From: Octopus sinensis
Lineage: Eukaryota
Reading direction: 5' to 3'
Assembly: GCF_006345805.1 (NCBI RefSeq)
Contig: NC_043013.1
Coordinates: forward strand, 34,224,001-34,288,000
Length of the DNA stretch: 64,000 nucleotides
Shown: positions 53,528 through 64,000 of the stretch, piece after piece
How the letters are laid out: each line of letters opens with the position of its first letter
Position numbering within the stretch: position 1 is the first letter of the stretch
Notes under the pieces: model-generated
The model's database searches: none
Told to the model about the DNA's origin: nothing
What the model saw: only the letters and a program-made list of their open reading frames with translations
Position numbers and translations under genes: made by a program

Positions 53528-53735
53528 TTTCTTTATTGCCCACAAGGGGCTATACATAGAGGGGACAAACAAGGACAGACAAAGAAATTAAGTTGATTAA
53601 ATTAACTCCAGTGCATAACTGGTACTTTATTTATCGACCCCAAAAAGATGAAAGGCAAAGTCAACCAATGAAGACAGGCGAAATACCGCTAAGCATTTTG
53701 CCCAGCATGCTAATGATTCTGCCAGCTCGCTGCCT
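53528..53735 (-). mobile_element. Family B SINE with tail type 1 and an internal deletion
   Basis: TTTCTTTATTGCCCACAAGGGGC...CTGCCAGCTCGCTGCCTT. Confidence 0.8.
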
Positions 53736-53947
53736 TGTCTAAGTATATACACACAATTTATCAACAAGTGATGTATATTCTCCGTGACAAAATTCAGTGA
53801 ATAGCCTGGTCCCCAGTTCAAACTTGCATCAAGCATATTCAGATGGAGGATAACATTGCAACATTACTTATCACTGTTTAGCACTACCCTCCATAATGTT
53901 ATATTATGACCTTACATATGTTGTTTCATATTCCAGTAATATTTTAA

Positions 53948-54168
53948 CCCTTTTGTTACCAACCCGGCTGAAACCGTCTCTGGCTCTGAGTACAAATGTC
54001 TTGTTTTCGTAAGTTTTGAAATAAAATTTTCTACCAAACCTAAGTCACAATTTATGTTCCTAACACTAGCTTAATCATAACTAAGTTATTTTACTAATTT
54101 CTTTGTTATATTTAAAATTAATTGAAAGAAACACAGAGCATCTCAAAATAAATACAGTAATGAAAGGG
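53948..54168 (+). mobile_element. piggyBac-type MITE (TTAA|CCC...GGG|TTAA), 221 bp
   Basis: TTAA at 53944-47 and 54169-72, with CCCTT/AAGGG termini. Confidence 0.75.
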
Positions 54169-54349
54169 TTAAGAAACCCTCTTTTCAAATTCAAGAAAAA
54201 AAATAAGCAAGGTGTCTGGAAAGACAAGCTGTTACAACAACCAAATTACTATACTCTTCAATTTACATTTTAATACTTTTAGGCTAAAATGAATTTTTTT
54301 TACATACCAGAGAAATTAAACATGTTATGGTCATTTAAACCTAAATCTG

Positions 54350-54715
54350 TTCTTTCAGTTCCAAACTGGCTGAAACCAGCTCTGGCTCTGTAGTACAAAT
54401 GTCTTGCTTTCATAAGTTTCCGCCAAACCTTAGTCACAATTTATGTTCTTAAATCTAGCTTAATAATAACTAAGTTATATTACTAAATTCTTTGTTACAT
54501 TTAACCCTTTCGATACCAACCCAGCTGAGACCACTTCTGGCTCTGTAGTACAAATGCCTTGCTTTCATAAGTTTACACCAAACTTTAGTCACAATTTATG
54601 CTCCTAACACTAGCTTAATGATAACTAAGTTATTTTACTAAATTCTTTGTTATAGTTAAAATTAATTGAAAGAAACACAGAGCATCTTAACAGAAATATG
54701 GTAACAAATACATTA
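54350..54715 (+). mobile_element. Two further truncated copies of the same MITE (about 54350-54500 and 54505-54715)
   Basis: Collinear with 53948-54168. The third copy starts TTAA|CCCTTT at 54501-54510. Confidence 0.75.
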
Positions 54716-55097
54716 AATGTATTTTAACCATAACTATTCTAACATTTCTTCAACAGTAAGTAACCACTAGGCACCATTTATGTTATCATGAACCAGATAT
54801 CATCCAGTTTTCTACAAAGTTAATTGTGATGATAATCATTTGGAGTTTTGTTGCCAGGAATGGCTCAAACAAAGACTTCGTTTTAGTCAATGACTTTGAT
54901 GCCATATAAATTGTTACTGACCAGTCTTGGTTTATACTTTAGTACAAAAACAGTCAAATCAAAATCTGGAGCCTTTTCTATGTCAAACAAACAACAAACA
55001 AGGGGAAAAATTATTTCTTATTACCAGAAGACACATCATTGTCAAACTGAATCTATATCATGTGTTTTTCTTGTATCTTACACACACACATGCACAC

Positions 55098-55146
<49 letters not shown>

Positions 55147-55409
55147 GATGATAAAGAAAACATTTTCACATTGATTTTGACATATTTTAACAACAACCTT
55201 TTGAACTCTTTCTAAACATACACACACATACACATACATATATATACATATATATATGTGTGTGTGTGTGTGTGTATGTGTGTGTGTATATATGTGTGTG
55301 TGTGAATGTATGTATGTATATACACATATATATATATATATGTGTGTGTGAATGTATGTAAGTATGTATATACATATATATATATGTGTGTGTGAATGCA
55401 TGTATGTAT

Positions 55410-55452
<43 letters not shown>

Positions 55453-55703
55453 TATGTATTTGTCAAACAGATTTTTAACAGGTCATTTCCAATACACTTC
55501 TTTGAATGAACAACTTTTATCTGTCACAACATTTCTTATTTGTCACTTTGAATTTTATCTGCTTCAACATTTTTCCTTGCCACCTTCACTTTTCATTTTA
55601 TTTTTTATGTCCTACATTTAACTGTTTCCTGCATTACATTATTTTTACAAATTTGTTCCTGCATTTGGTGGTCTTTCTCCAAGTTTAGTAAAAATTTTAA
55701 CTA

Positions 55704-56083
55704 GGTGCTGGAGTGGCTGTGTGGTAAGTAGCTTGCTTGCCAACTACATGGTTCCAGGTTCAGTCCCAACTGTGTGGCACCTTGGGCAAGTGTCTTCTAC
55801 TATAGCGTCAGGCTGACCAAAGCCTTGTGAGTAGATTTGGTAGACGGAAACTGAAAGAAGCCCGTCGTATTTATGTATATGTTTGTGTGTCTGTGTTCGT
55901 CCCCCACCCAACATCACTTGACAACTGATGCTGGTGTGTTTATGTCCCTGTAACTTAGCAGTTTGGCAAAAGAGACCGATAGAATAAGTACTAGGCTTAC
56001 AAAGAAAAAATCCTGGGGTCGATTTGCTTGACTAAAGGTGGTGCTCCAGTATGGCTGCAGTCAAATGACTGAAACAAGTAAGA
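55704..56083 (+). mobile_element. Family A SINE, full length; a 5' fragment also lies at 56655-56815
   Basis: A-box TGGCTGTGTGG, B-box GGTTCAGTCCC, full body and 3' end. Confidence 0.88.
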
Positions 56084-56858
56084 GGGAAAGAGAGAGAGAG
56101 AGCTGTGTTTTCCAGTGTACCCTTCTTATTTATTGCATTTATTAATAAATATGATTGACTGTGGCAGGTGGGTATATGCAATCATGCACATACACACCTA
56201 TACAAATATACATGCACCCATATCTCTCACTCTACCATTGGACCATCATGCATTTACCTGCATCCAATGTGTCACTGTCAAATCTCTTCCCCACAACATA
56301 TCCTCCTAACACCCCCTCCCTCTACTTGCAACCATTCACTACAGAGTCTCCTCTCCATATCCCACTCATTTTTCAAAGTCTGGCAAACTTAGCCACCCAC
56401 TCACTCTTTCCAATCCTTGGTCCCACTTCCCTTATATATACCTTGAGTATGAAGGTGCATAGTTCAGTGGTTAGAGCATCAGATTCATAATCACGAGGTA
56501 GTGAGTTTGATTCCTGGACCAGTTGAGATATTATTGCCCCATGCCAGCCCTAACTGTGTGGACATACAATAAAAAGAATTTGGAATGGATTGAAGTAAGA
56601 TAAAATCTTCCGACTTCCACAATGTAAACTAAGAGATATTTTTTATTAATCTATGTTTGGTTAAGAAGTTTGCTTCCCAGCTATGTGTTTTCAGGTTCAA
56701 TTCTACAGTGTAACACCTTGGGCCCATGTTAACTATTATAGACCGCGACAGAAAAAGCCTTGTGAGTGAATTTGGTTGATGGAAACTGAAAGAAGCCCAC
56801 TGTGTGTGAGTGTATGTATGTTTATACACACACCCACACACACGCACGCACACACACA

Positions 56859-56889
<31 letters not shown>

Positions 56890-56934
56890 CATTTCAGTGA
56901 TTTCCTCATGTTGAACCATTAATCCCTACACATG

Positions 56935-57092
56935 TTTTTCTCCGTCCGTTTTTTTCCTCTCAACCCTCTCTGTCACAGAGCAAAGGCTTGAAATGTCAAA
57001 AACTTCTCCATTCTTCTCGAACATCAATCTAATACACCTGTTTGTTGTTTCTTCACCTGTCTTCGTCGTTTGTTTTCTGTAATTTCAACTAT
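56935..57092 (+). mobile_element. Penelope-like terminal-repeat fragment, homologous to 63300-63470 (minus strand)
   Basis: Shared TAATACA(C/T)CTGTTTGTTGT...CACCTGTCTT.GTC.TT.GTTTT and an eroded GAGC-NNNN-GCT(C/T)-GAAA motif. Confidence 0.5.
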
Positions 57093-57132
57093 AAATATAT
57101 ATATATACACACACACACACATATATGTGTGT

Positions 57133-57284
57133 GGCGCAGGAGTGGCTGTGTGGTATGTAGCTTGCTAACCAACCACATCGTTCTGGGTTCAGTCCCACTG
57201 CGTGGCACCTTCTGCAATAACCCCAGGCCGACCAATGCCTTGTGAGTGGATTTGCTAGACGGAAACTGAAAGAAGCCTGTCATA

Positions 57285-57325
<41 letters not shown>

Positions 57326-57535
57326 ATGTGTTTGTGTGTCTGTGTTTGTCCCCCTAGCATTGCTTGACAACTGATGCTGGTGTGTTTACGTCTCCATCAC
57401 TTAGCGGTTCGGCAAAAAGAGACCGATAGAATAAGTACTGGGCTTACAAAAATAAGTCCCGGGGCCGATTTGCTCGACTAAAGGCGGTACTCCAGCATGG
57501 CCGCAGTCAAATGACTGAAACAAGTAAAAGAGTAA
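57133..57535 (+). mobile_element. Family A SINE, full length
   Basis: GGCGCAGGAGTGGCTGTGTGG...GGTTCAGTCCC...GACTGAAACAAGTAAAAGAGT. CpG-rich, so possibly young. Confidence 0.9.
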
Positions 57536-57549
57536 GGAGAGTATACATT

Positions 57550-59621
57550 ATATATATATATATATACATACATTTATATATATCTACATATATATAGAGA
57601 GAGACAGAGAAATATGCGTGTGTGTGTGTCCCCATTGTCTTGAGATAATGAGATAATAGCAAGTGAATACCTTTGTCATACAAGTGACATCACTCACTGA
57701 AAATCTTTGTGGAAAATGTCTAGTCATGGGAAAATATTACTGTGTTTGGAAGCAGGTAAAATTTGATTGCATCAGGTGGCAGAAAATCTGCCTTAATGAA
57801 ACCTACGTGACCCATATAAACATGGAAATTGTGGACATTGAAAAGATCAGCAATGATGACGATGATGAAATAAGTACCAAGTTCCATACAAAAAATAAAA
57901 AAAAGATAGGTGCAAAATAATGGAGCCGAATTCAAAGAGAGGAACTGCCAAAATTACTTATGAGAATTTCAGAATCATTGATAAAAATATTGATTTATGA
58001 TTAAATATTTTTTCTTTATTGACTTCTTTTGTAAATCTACCTTTATTTCTGCAAATTCTTGAAATTTGTTTTGATGCTTCAGAATAGGATTTACATTTAT
58101 GTTTTTACTTTGTTTTTAGAACTATATTATAAGTGACCTTAACTAAAAGAATGCCACTGGGTAATTAAAGTGTTCCACTCTGCATAAATAGCAATTATAA
58201 CAAACTTTCAATATTACCATTAAAAATAAAGCAAACCAAAAAAAAAAAACGAAAACTAAAAATAGAAAAAAAAAACATACAGTAATAGAAACAAAAATCA
58301 TGATTTTGTTTGTCATTTGTTTTTGTTTTATATCATTATGTTTGTTTATAGTTTGTTTCTTCTTATGTTTTTTTTCTTTTTTACTTTACTCAACCAGCTA
58401 CAAACTCTACAAGTTGCAATAGACGTGTTTCGATATATTAAAGTGCATGCATGTATGTGTGTACATCAATTAATATGTTTGTGTGCATGTGTGTGTATGT
58501 ATGTGTTATTATATATATATATATATATGTACACACGAATACATATGTAAAATTACATACATATATGTATTTGTGTCCATATATATATAATATATATATT
58601 ATATATATATACATACATTTATATATATCTACATATATATAGAGAGAGACAGAGAAATATGCGTGTGTGTGTGTCCCCATTGTCTTGAGATAATGAGATA
58701 ATAGCAAGTGAATACCTTTGTCATACAAGTGACATCACTCACTGAAAATCTTTGTGGAAAATGTCTAGTCATGGGAAAATATTACTGTGTTTGGAAGCAG
58801 GTAAGATTTGATTGCATTAGGTGGCAGAAAATTTGCCTTAATGAAACCTACGTGACCCATATAAACATGGAAATTGTGGACATTGAAAAGATCAGCAATG
58901 ATGACGATGATGAAATAAGTACCAAGTTCCATACAAAAAATAAAAAAAAGATAGGTGCAAAATAATGGAGCCGAATTCAAAGAGAGGAACTGCCAAAATT
59001 ACTTATGAGAATTTCAGAATCATTGATAAAAATATTGATTTATGATTAAATATTTTTTCTTTATTGACTTCTTTTGTAAATCTACCTTTATTTCTGCAAA
59101 TTCTTGAAATTTGTTTTGATGCTTCAGAATAGGATTTACATTTATGTTTTTACTTTGTTTTTAGAACTATATTATAAGTGACCTTAACTAAAAGAATGCC
59201 ACTGGGTAATTAAAGTGTTCCACTCTGCATAAATAGCAATTATAACAAACTTTCAATATTACCATTAAAAATAAAGCAAACCAAAAAAAAAAAACGAAAA
59301 CTAAAAATAGAAAAAAAAAACATACAGTAATAGAAACAAAAATCATGATTTTGTTTGTCATTTGTTTTTGTTTTATATCATTATGTTTGTTTATAGTTTG
59401 TTTCTTCTTATGTTTTTTTTCTTTTTTACTTTACTCAACCAGCTACAAACTCTACAAGTTGCAATAGACGTGTTTCGATATATTAAAGTGCATGCATGTA
59501 TGTGTGTACATCAATTAATATGTTTGTGTGCATGTGTGTGTATGTATGTGTTATTATATATATATATATATATGTACACACGAATACATATGTAAAATTA
59601 CATACATATATGTATTTGTGT

Positions 59622-59640
<19 letters not shown>
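57550..59640. repeat. Tandem duplication, two copies of about 1045 bp
   Basis: Matching ORFs are offset by 1045 (57663/58708, 58317/59362). Each unit begins and ends in (TA)n and contains an RTE-related fragment (57660-57870; 58705-58915). Confidence 0.95.
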
Positions 59641-59664
<24 letters not shown>

Positions 59665-59669
59665 GTACA

Positions 59670-60150
59670 TATATATATGTACACATATAAATACACACAG
59701 AGTGCCGCCCACATGGTAAAACAAGTTACAACATATGCATACCCCATTTTGTCTTTCATAATAATTTTGCCTCCCCTGAAGAATTTTCGTAATTTATTCT
59801 TTCAATTATTGCCTCAAGTCACAATTGATTCTTTTATTTCCAATTTAAAGTCCACCATTTCAGGAATTGTTTTATAGAATTCTATAACAGTGAAAGTCTA
59901 AGCTAAGCTTATGATGTGTGTGTGAAGGAATATGTATGTGTGTGTGCATGTATGTATGCATGTGTGTGTGTGTGTGTGTCCATGAATGTGTGTCTATATG
60001 TCCATGGCAGTGTGTGTTAAAAGTTTAATCAATTGTTTTGCTTATATTCTCTGATTTAAATAACCCAAAGGAGACCAACAGGTTAAAAGAAATGAGTGCC
60101 TTAAGAAAATATTGGTAAGAATATATAATGTATAAATGTATGTGTGTATA

Positions 60151-60181
<31 letters not shown>

Positions 60182-62180
60182 ATCGTGCAACCCAGGATAA
60201 CATGGGAAGATGATAACAATATATATATGTATATATATATACATGTAGAATGCAATGCAAAGCTCGTCCTCTACCTGATGTTATTGGCTACCTGATGTCA
60301 TCATACAGTGGAAATGCTCCTGGTACTTGTAGAATGCAATGCAAAGCTCGTCCTCTACCTGATGCTGTTGGCTACCTGATGTCATCATACAGTGGAAATG
60401 CTCCTGTTCTGGATATTCATAAGAAATTCCATAGTTTCCACAGAGTTTATTAAAAAAATTAGAATTGATAGAAAATGGAATTAATAACATTCTTTATTGA
60501 AAGTCTATTCATTTGTTTCAAAACACTCTTACACCCTTTAATACATAGGTAAAATGTTGCACACAGCTTACCTATGTATTAAAGAATGTAAGAATGGTTT
60601 GAAACAATCGTAGTGACATACATACTTACATACATACATATATATCCATAGATAGATACATGCATATAAATATATTTGGTTTTACAAGTTGAGCGAGGAG
60701 AATTATATACATAAATCAATGTGTATATAGTTTATTTGTTAAGAACAACACTACAGAAGTTATGAAAGCCCTAGAATTTTGTACCGAAATACTTATATCA
60801 AATATTAAAAGCACCTTTACATGAAAATCTAGGAATTTGAGTAACTCATGATTTTTAGTTAAGGGAGTATTACACATACATGTGTACTTAACACATGCAT
60901 ATATATATATATTATATATATATATATATATATAATATATATATATATTATATATATATATATATATGTACACATATAAATACACACAGAGTGCCGCCCA
61001 CATGGTAAAACAAGTTACAACATATGCATACCCCATTTTGTCTTTCATAATAATTTTGCCTCCCCTGAAGAATTTTCGTAATTTATTCTTTCAATTATTG
61101 CCTCAAGTCACAATTGATTCTTTTATTTCCAATTTAAAGTCCACCATTTCAGGAATTGTTTTATAGAATTCTATAACAGTGAAAGTCTAAGCTAAGCTTA
61201 TGATGTGTGTGTGAAGGAATATGTATGTGTGTGTGCATGTATGTATGCATGTGTGTGTGTGTGTGTCCATGAATGTGTGTCTATATGTCCATGGCAGTGT
61301 GTGTTAAAAGTTTAATCAATTGTTTTGCTTATATTCTCTGATTTAAATAACCCAAAGGAGACCAACAGGTTAAAAGAAATGAGTGCCTTAAGAAAATATT
61401 GGTAAGAATATATAATGTATAAATGTATGTGTGTATATGTATGTGTGTGTGTGTGTGTATCGTGCAACCCAGGATAACATGGGAAGATGATAACAATATA
61501 TATATGTATATATATATACATGTAGAATGCAATGCAAAGCTCGTCCTCTACCTGATGTTATTGGCTACCTGATGTCATCATACAGTGGAAATGCTCCTGG
61601 TACTTGTAGAATGCAATGCAAAGCTCGTCCTCTACCTGATGCTGTTGGCTACCTGATGTCATCATACAGTGGAAATGCTCCTGTTCTGGATATTCATAAG
61701 AAATTCCATAGTTTCCACAGAGTTTATTAAAAAAATTAGAATTGATAGAAAATGGAATTAATAACATTCTTTATTGAAAGTCTATTCATTTGTTTCAAAA
61801 CACTCTTACACCCTTTAATACATAGGTAAAATGTTGCACAACAGCTTACCTATGTATTAAAGAATGTAAGAATGGTTTGAAACAATCGTAGTGACATACA
61901 TACTTACATACATACATATATATCCATAGATAGATACATGCATATAAATATATTTGGTTTTACAAGTTGAGCGAGGAGAATTATATACATAAATCAATGT
62001 GTATATAGTTTATTTGTTAAGAACAACACTACAGAAGTTATGAAAGCCCTAGAATTTTGTACCGAAATACTTATATCAAATATTAAAAGCACCTTTACAT
62101 GAAAATCTAGGAATTTGAGTAACTCATGATTTTTAGTTAAGGGAGTATTACACATACATGTGTACTTAACACATGCATAT
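59670..62180. repeat. Tandem duplication, two copies of about 1280 bp, each with an internal 84-bp tandem repeat
   Basis: The offset is 1289 at the start (59679/60968) and 1278 at the end (60900/62178). The 84-bp repeat is at 60244/60328 and 61521/61605. Confidence 0.95.
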
Positions 62181-62274
62181 ATATATATATATATATATAT
62201 ATAGATATATATATATATATATATAGATATATATATATATATATATATACACACATGCATGTATGTATAGATGG

Positions 62275-62447
62275 AGAAAAAGGCACTCAGCCAACTGTAC
62301 AGAGTAGTTGGCATTAGGAAGGACATCCAGCCATAAAAACCCAGCCAAAACAGACAACAGAAGCTTAGTGCAGGCTCCTTCCTGGCCAGCTCCTGTCAAA
62401 CTGTTCAACCCATACCAACATGAAGGATATTAAACAATGATGATGAT
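62275..62447 (+). mobile_element. RTE 3' UTR fragment with (GAT)n tail
   Basis: GTTGGCATTAGGAAGGACATCCAGCC...CCCATACCAACATGAAGGATATTAAACAATGATGATGAT. Confidence 0.75.
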
Positions 62448-63084
62448 ATATATATGTATATATATATATGAAATATTAGGGAGTATAACTCCAAACTTAT
62501 AGGGAAAAATTCAATTTAGTATTAAATCAAATTTCACAATATGAATATATATATTGTTTAATTCTGTTTGCTTATTTATTTAACTATTATTGTTAACCTG
62601 AAAAGTAACTATAATTTTAAATTGAATTGATTTTCGATTAAATTTAAATTTAATTGTAATTTGAATTTAATTATAGGCATGAACGTACGTAGGTTTTTCA
62701 CTTATTATGTATTGATTATTCATTTTTGTAATTCTTGAAATCTAGTTATATGTTTTAAAAAATATATTTTATCTTTTATTTATGATTTGGTTTATGTTTA
62801 TCATTGTTTGAATTGCATAATAGTGGCTTTTCTCTAATTTATATATATATACATACATATGAGCAAAATGCCCCCCATCCAATGGACGGGACTGAGTTGT
62901 CAAACATTTAAACCAAATTTTCTCAAAACAACTTGTACGACCGTCCCATAGGTCTCCCCTTTGAGAAGCACTGATTTAACCTAAATTTGAGACACCAGCA
63001 AATGAAGAAATAAAGATAGACTTTTTCTGTTCCAGAGAAAAACGATTTTATTCACACAAATATGCAACTGAAGAGTTTAAAGTA

Positions 63085-63292
63085 CCAGTAAGTACATCGC
63101 AACAGCTGATGTACTTGCGCGTACAAATGCACGTTCCCACGGCTTTATCGGTGGTATTCTCACCTGGAATCAATTTTTGTAATTTTTTCAAGACTTATAC
63201 ACGCCATGATACCGTCGGTATCGACATATCAAATTTGAGCACAATCAGATGACACACACACAGACAGAACGGATTTTATAATATATATATAT
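63085..63292 (-). mobile_element. Short non-autonomous Helitron-like element
   Basis: The minus 5' end is (TA)nTTATAAAATCCGTTCTGTCTGTGTG. The 3' end has a perfect 9-bp hairpin AAGTACATC/GATGTACTT (63090-98/63108-16) followed by CTGG|T (CTRR). Confidence 0.5.
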
Positions 63293-63299
63293 ACATGTA

Positions 63300-63490
63300 T
63301 AGGGAGAATTCACAAAAAAAACGAAAGACAAAGACAGGTGGTTTACACAACAAACAGATGTATTAGTTTAATGCCCGGGAAGTGAAAAAGTCTTTAACGT
63401 TTCGAGCCTATGCTCTTCCACAGAAAGGAACACAGAAAGAAACAAGGAGAGAAAATAAAGAATGTGTAGTGGCTAGAGATCTACCATGGC
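63300..63490 (-). mobile_element. Penelope-like terminal repeat with a hammerhead-like motif
   Basis: The minus strand reads CTTT CTGTGGA A GAGC-ATAG-GCTC GAAA CGT T AAAG. A second copy lies at 56935-57092. Confidence 0.55.
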
Positions 63491-64000
63491 AAAAATATAT
63501 ATATATGATTGAGAAGACAAATGTAAGAAGGGCACTCAACATATTTTTTGTATAGATCAAAGCCAGTTTGATTCAGACTCCTTGGTACTCTAATTTTCAA
63601 GAGTGTGGCTAGTCTTCAGCCACCGGGGTCTGGATGACAGTTCAACTGAAGAGATGCAATGTTTATTACAGGATGTTAGCCTGTGACTGGAGAAGGAAGG
63701 TCACACAGATTAGTGGTTTGATATCAGTATTTCAGCGACAACAATTAGTTGGAAAATACTGTATGGTGAACAGGAAATTGACCACATGGTGGACAAGTAA
63801 TTGATCATGTGGTTGGGAAGAAGTAGGAAGAGGCAGTAGGTGTGGGGGTATATATGTATATATATGCACATGTATATGCCCATATACATGTACACCCATG
63901 CATGTGCATGTATGTACACATGCACACTCGTGCATGCATGTGCTAGTGTGCATACTCCCATGTGCATGTGCATAGGTACATGGAGATAAAGACACACACA

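Noticed and set aside
60250-60453. 28-aa periodic ORF as a C2H2 zinc-finger array (a family expanded in octopus)
   Set aside because: The period fits, but no frame on either strand shows CxxC...HxxxH spacing or a TGEKP-like linker.

Overview
AT-rich, microsatellite-saturated, non-coding eukaryotic DNA. The repeat families point to an octopus (coleoid cephalopod) genome; this is inferred from recognising the repeats, not from a search. I found no intact host protein-coding gene. Almost all ORF-track entries are translations of (TA)n, (TG)n, (ATT)n or (GAT)n tracts. The window is a transposon landscape. It has two full-length dead mariner elements (TIRs, TA target duplications, DD34D), a Tigger/pogo transposase relic, several RTE LINE 3' fragments (one with a large internal minisatellite) and more than 30 copies of two tRNA-derived SINE families (here A and B). 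It also has Helitron/Helentron-like ends, piggyBac-type TTAA MITEs and two adjacent near-identical tandem duplications (about 1.05 and 1.28 kb) joined in (TA)n tracts. The most interesting signal is a set of short elements with hammerhead-ribozyme motifs, most with an inverted copy of their own end. The clearest is a type I hammerhead fold at 53440-53487 (one core mismatch) inside a 35-bp inverted-repeat element. A tRNA-headed, hammerhead-motif SINE-like element with inverted arms and an 11-bp target duplication lies at 36155-36560. Together these suggest Penelope-like/retrozyme non-autonomous retroelements in a cephalopod.
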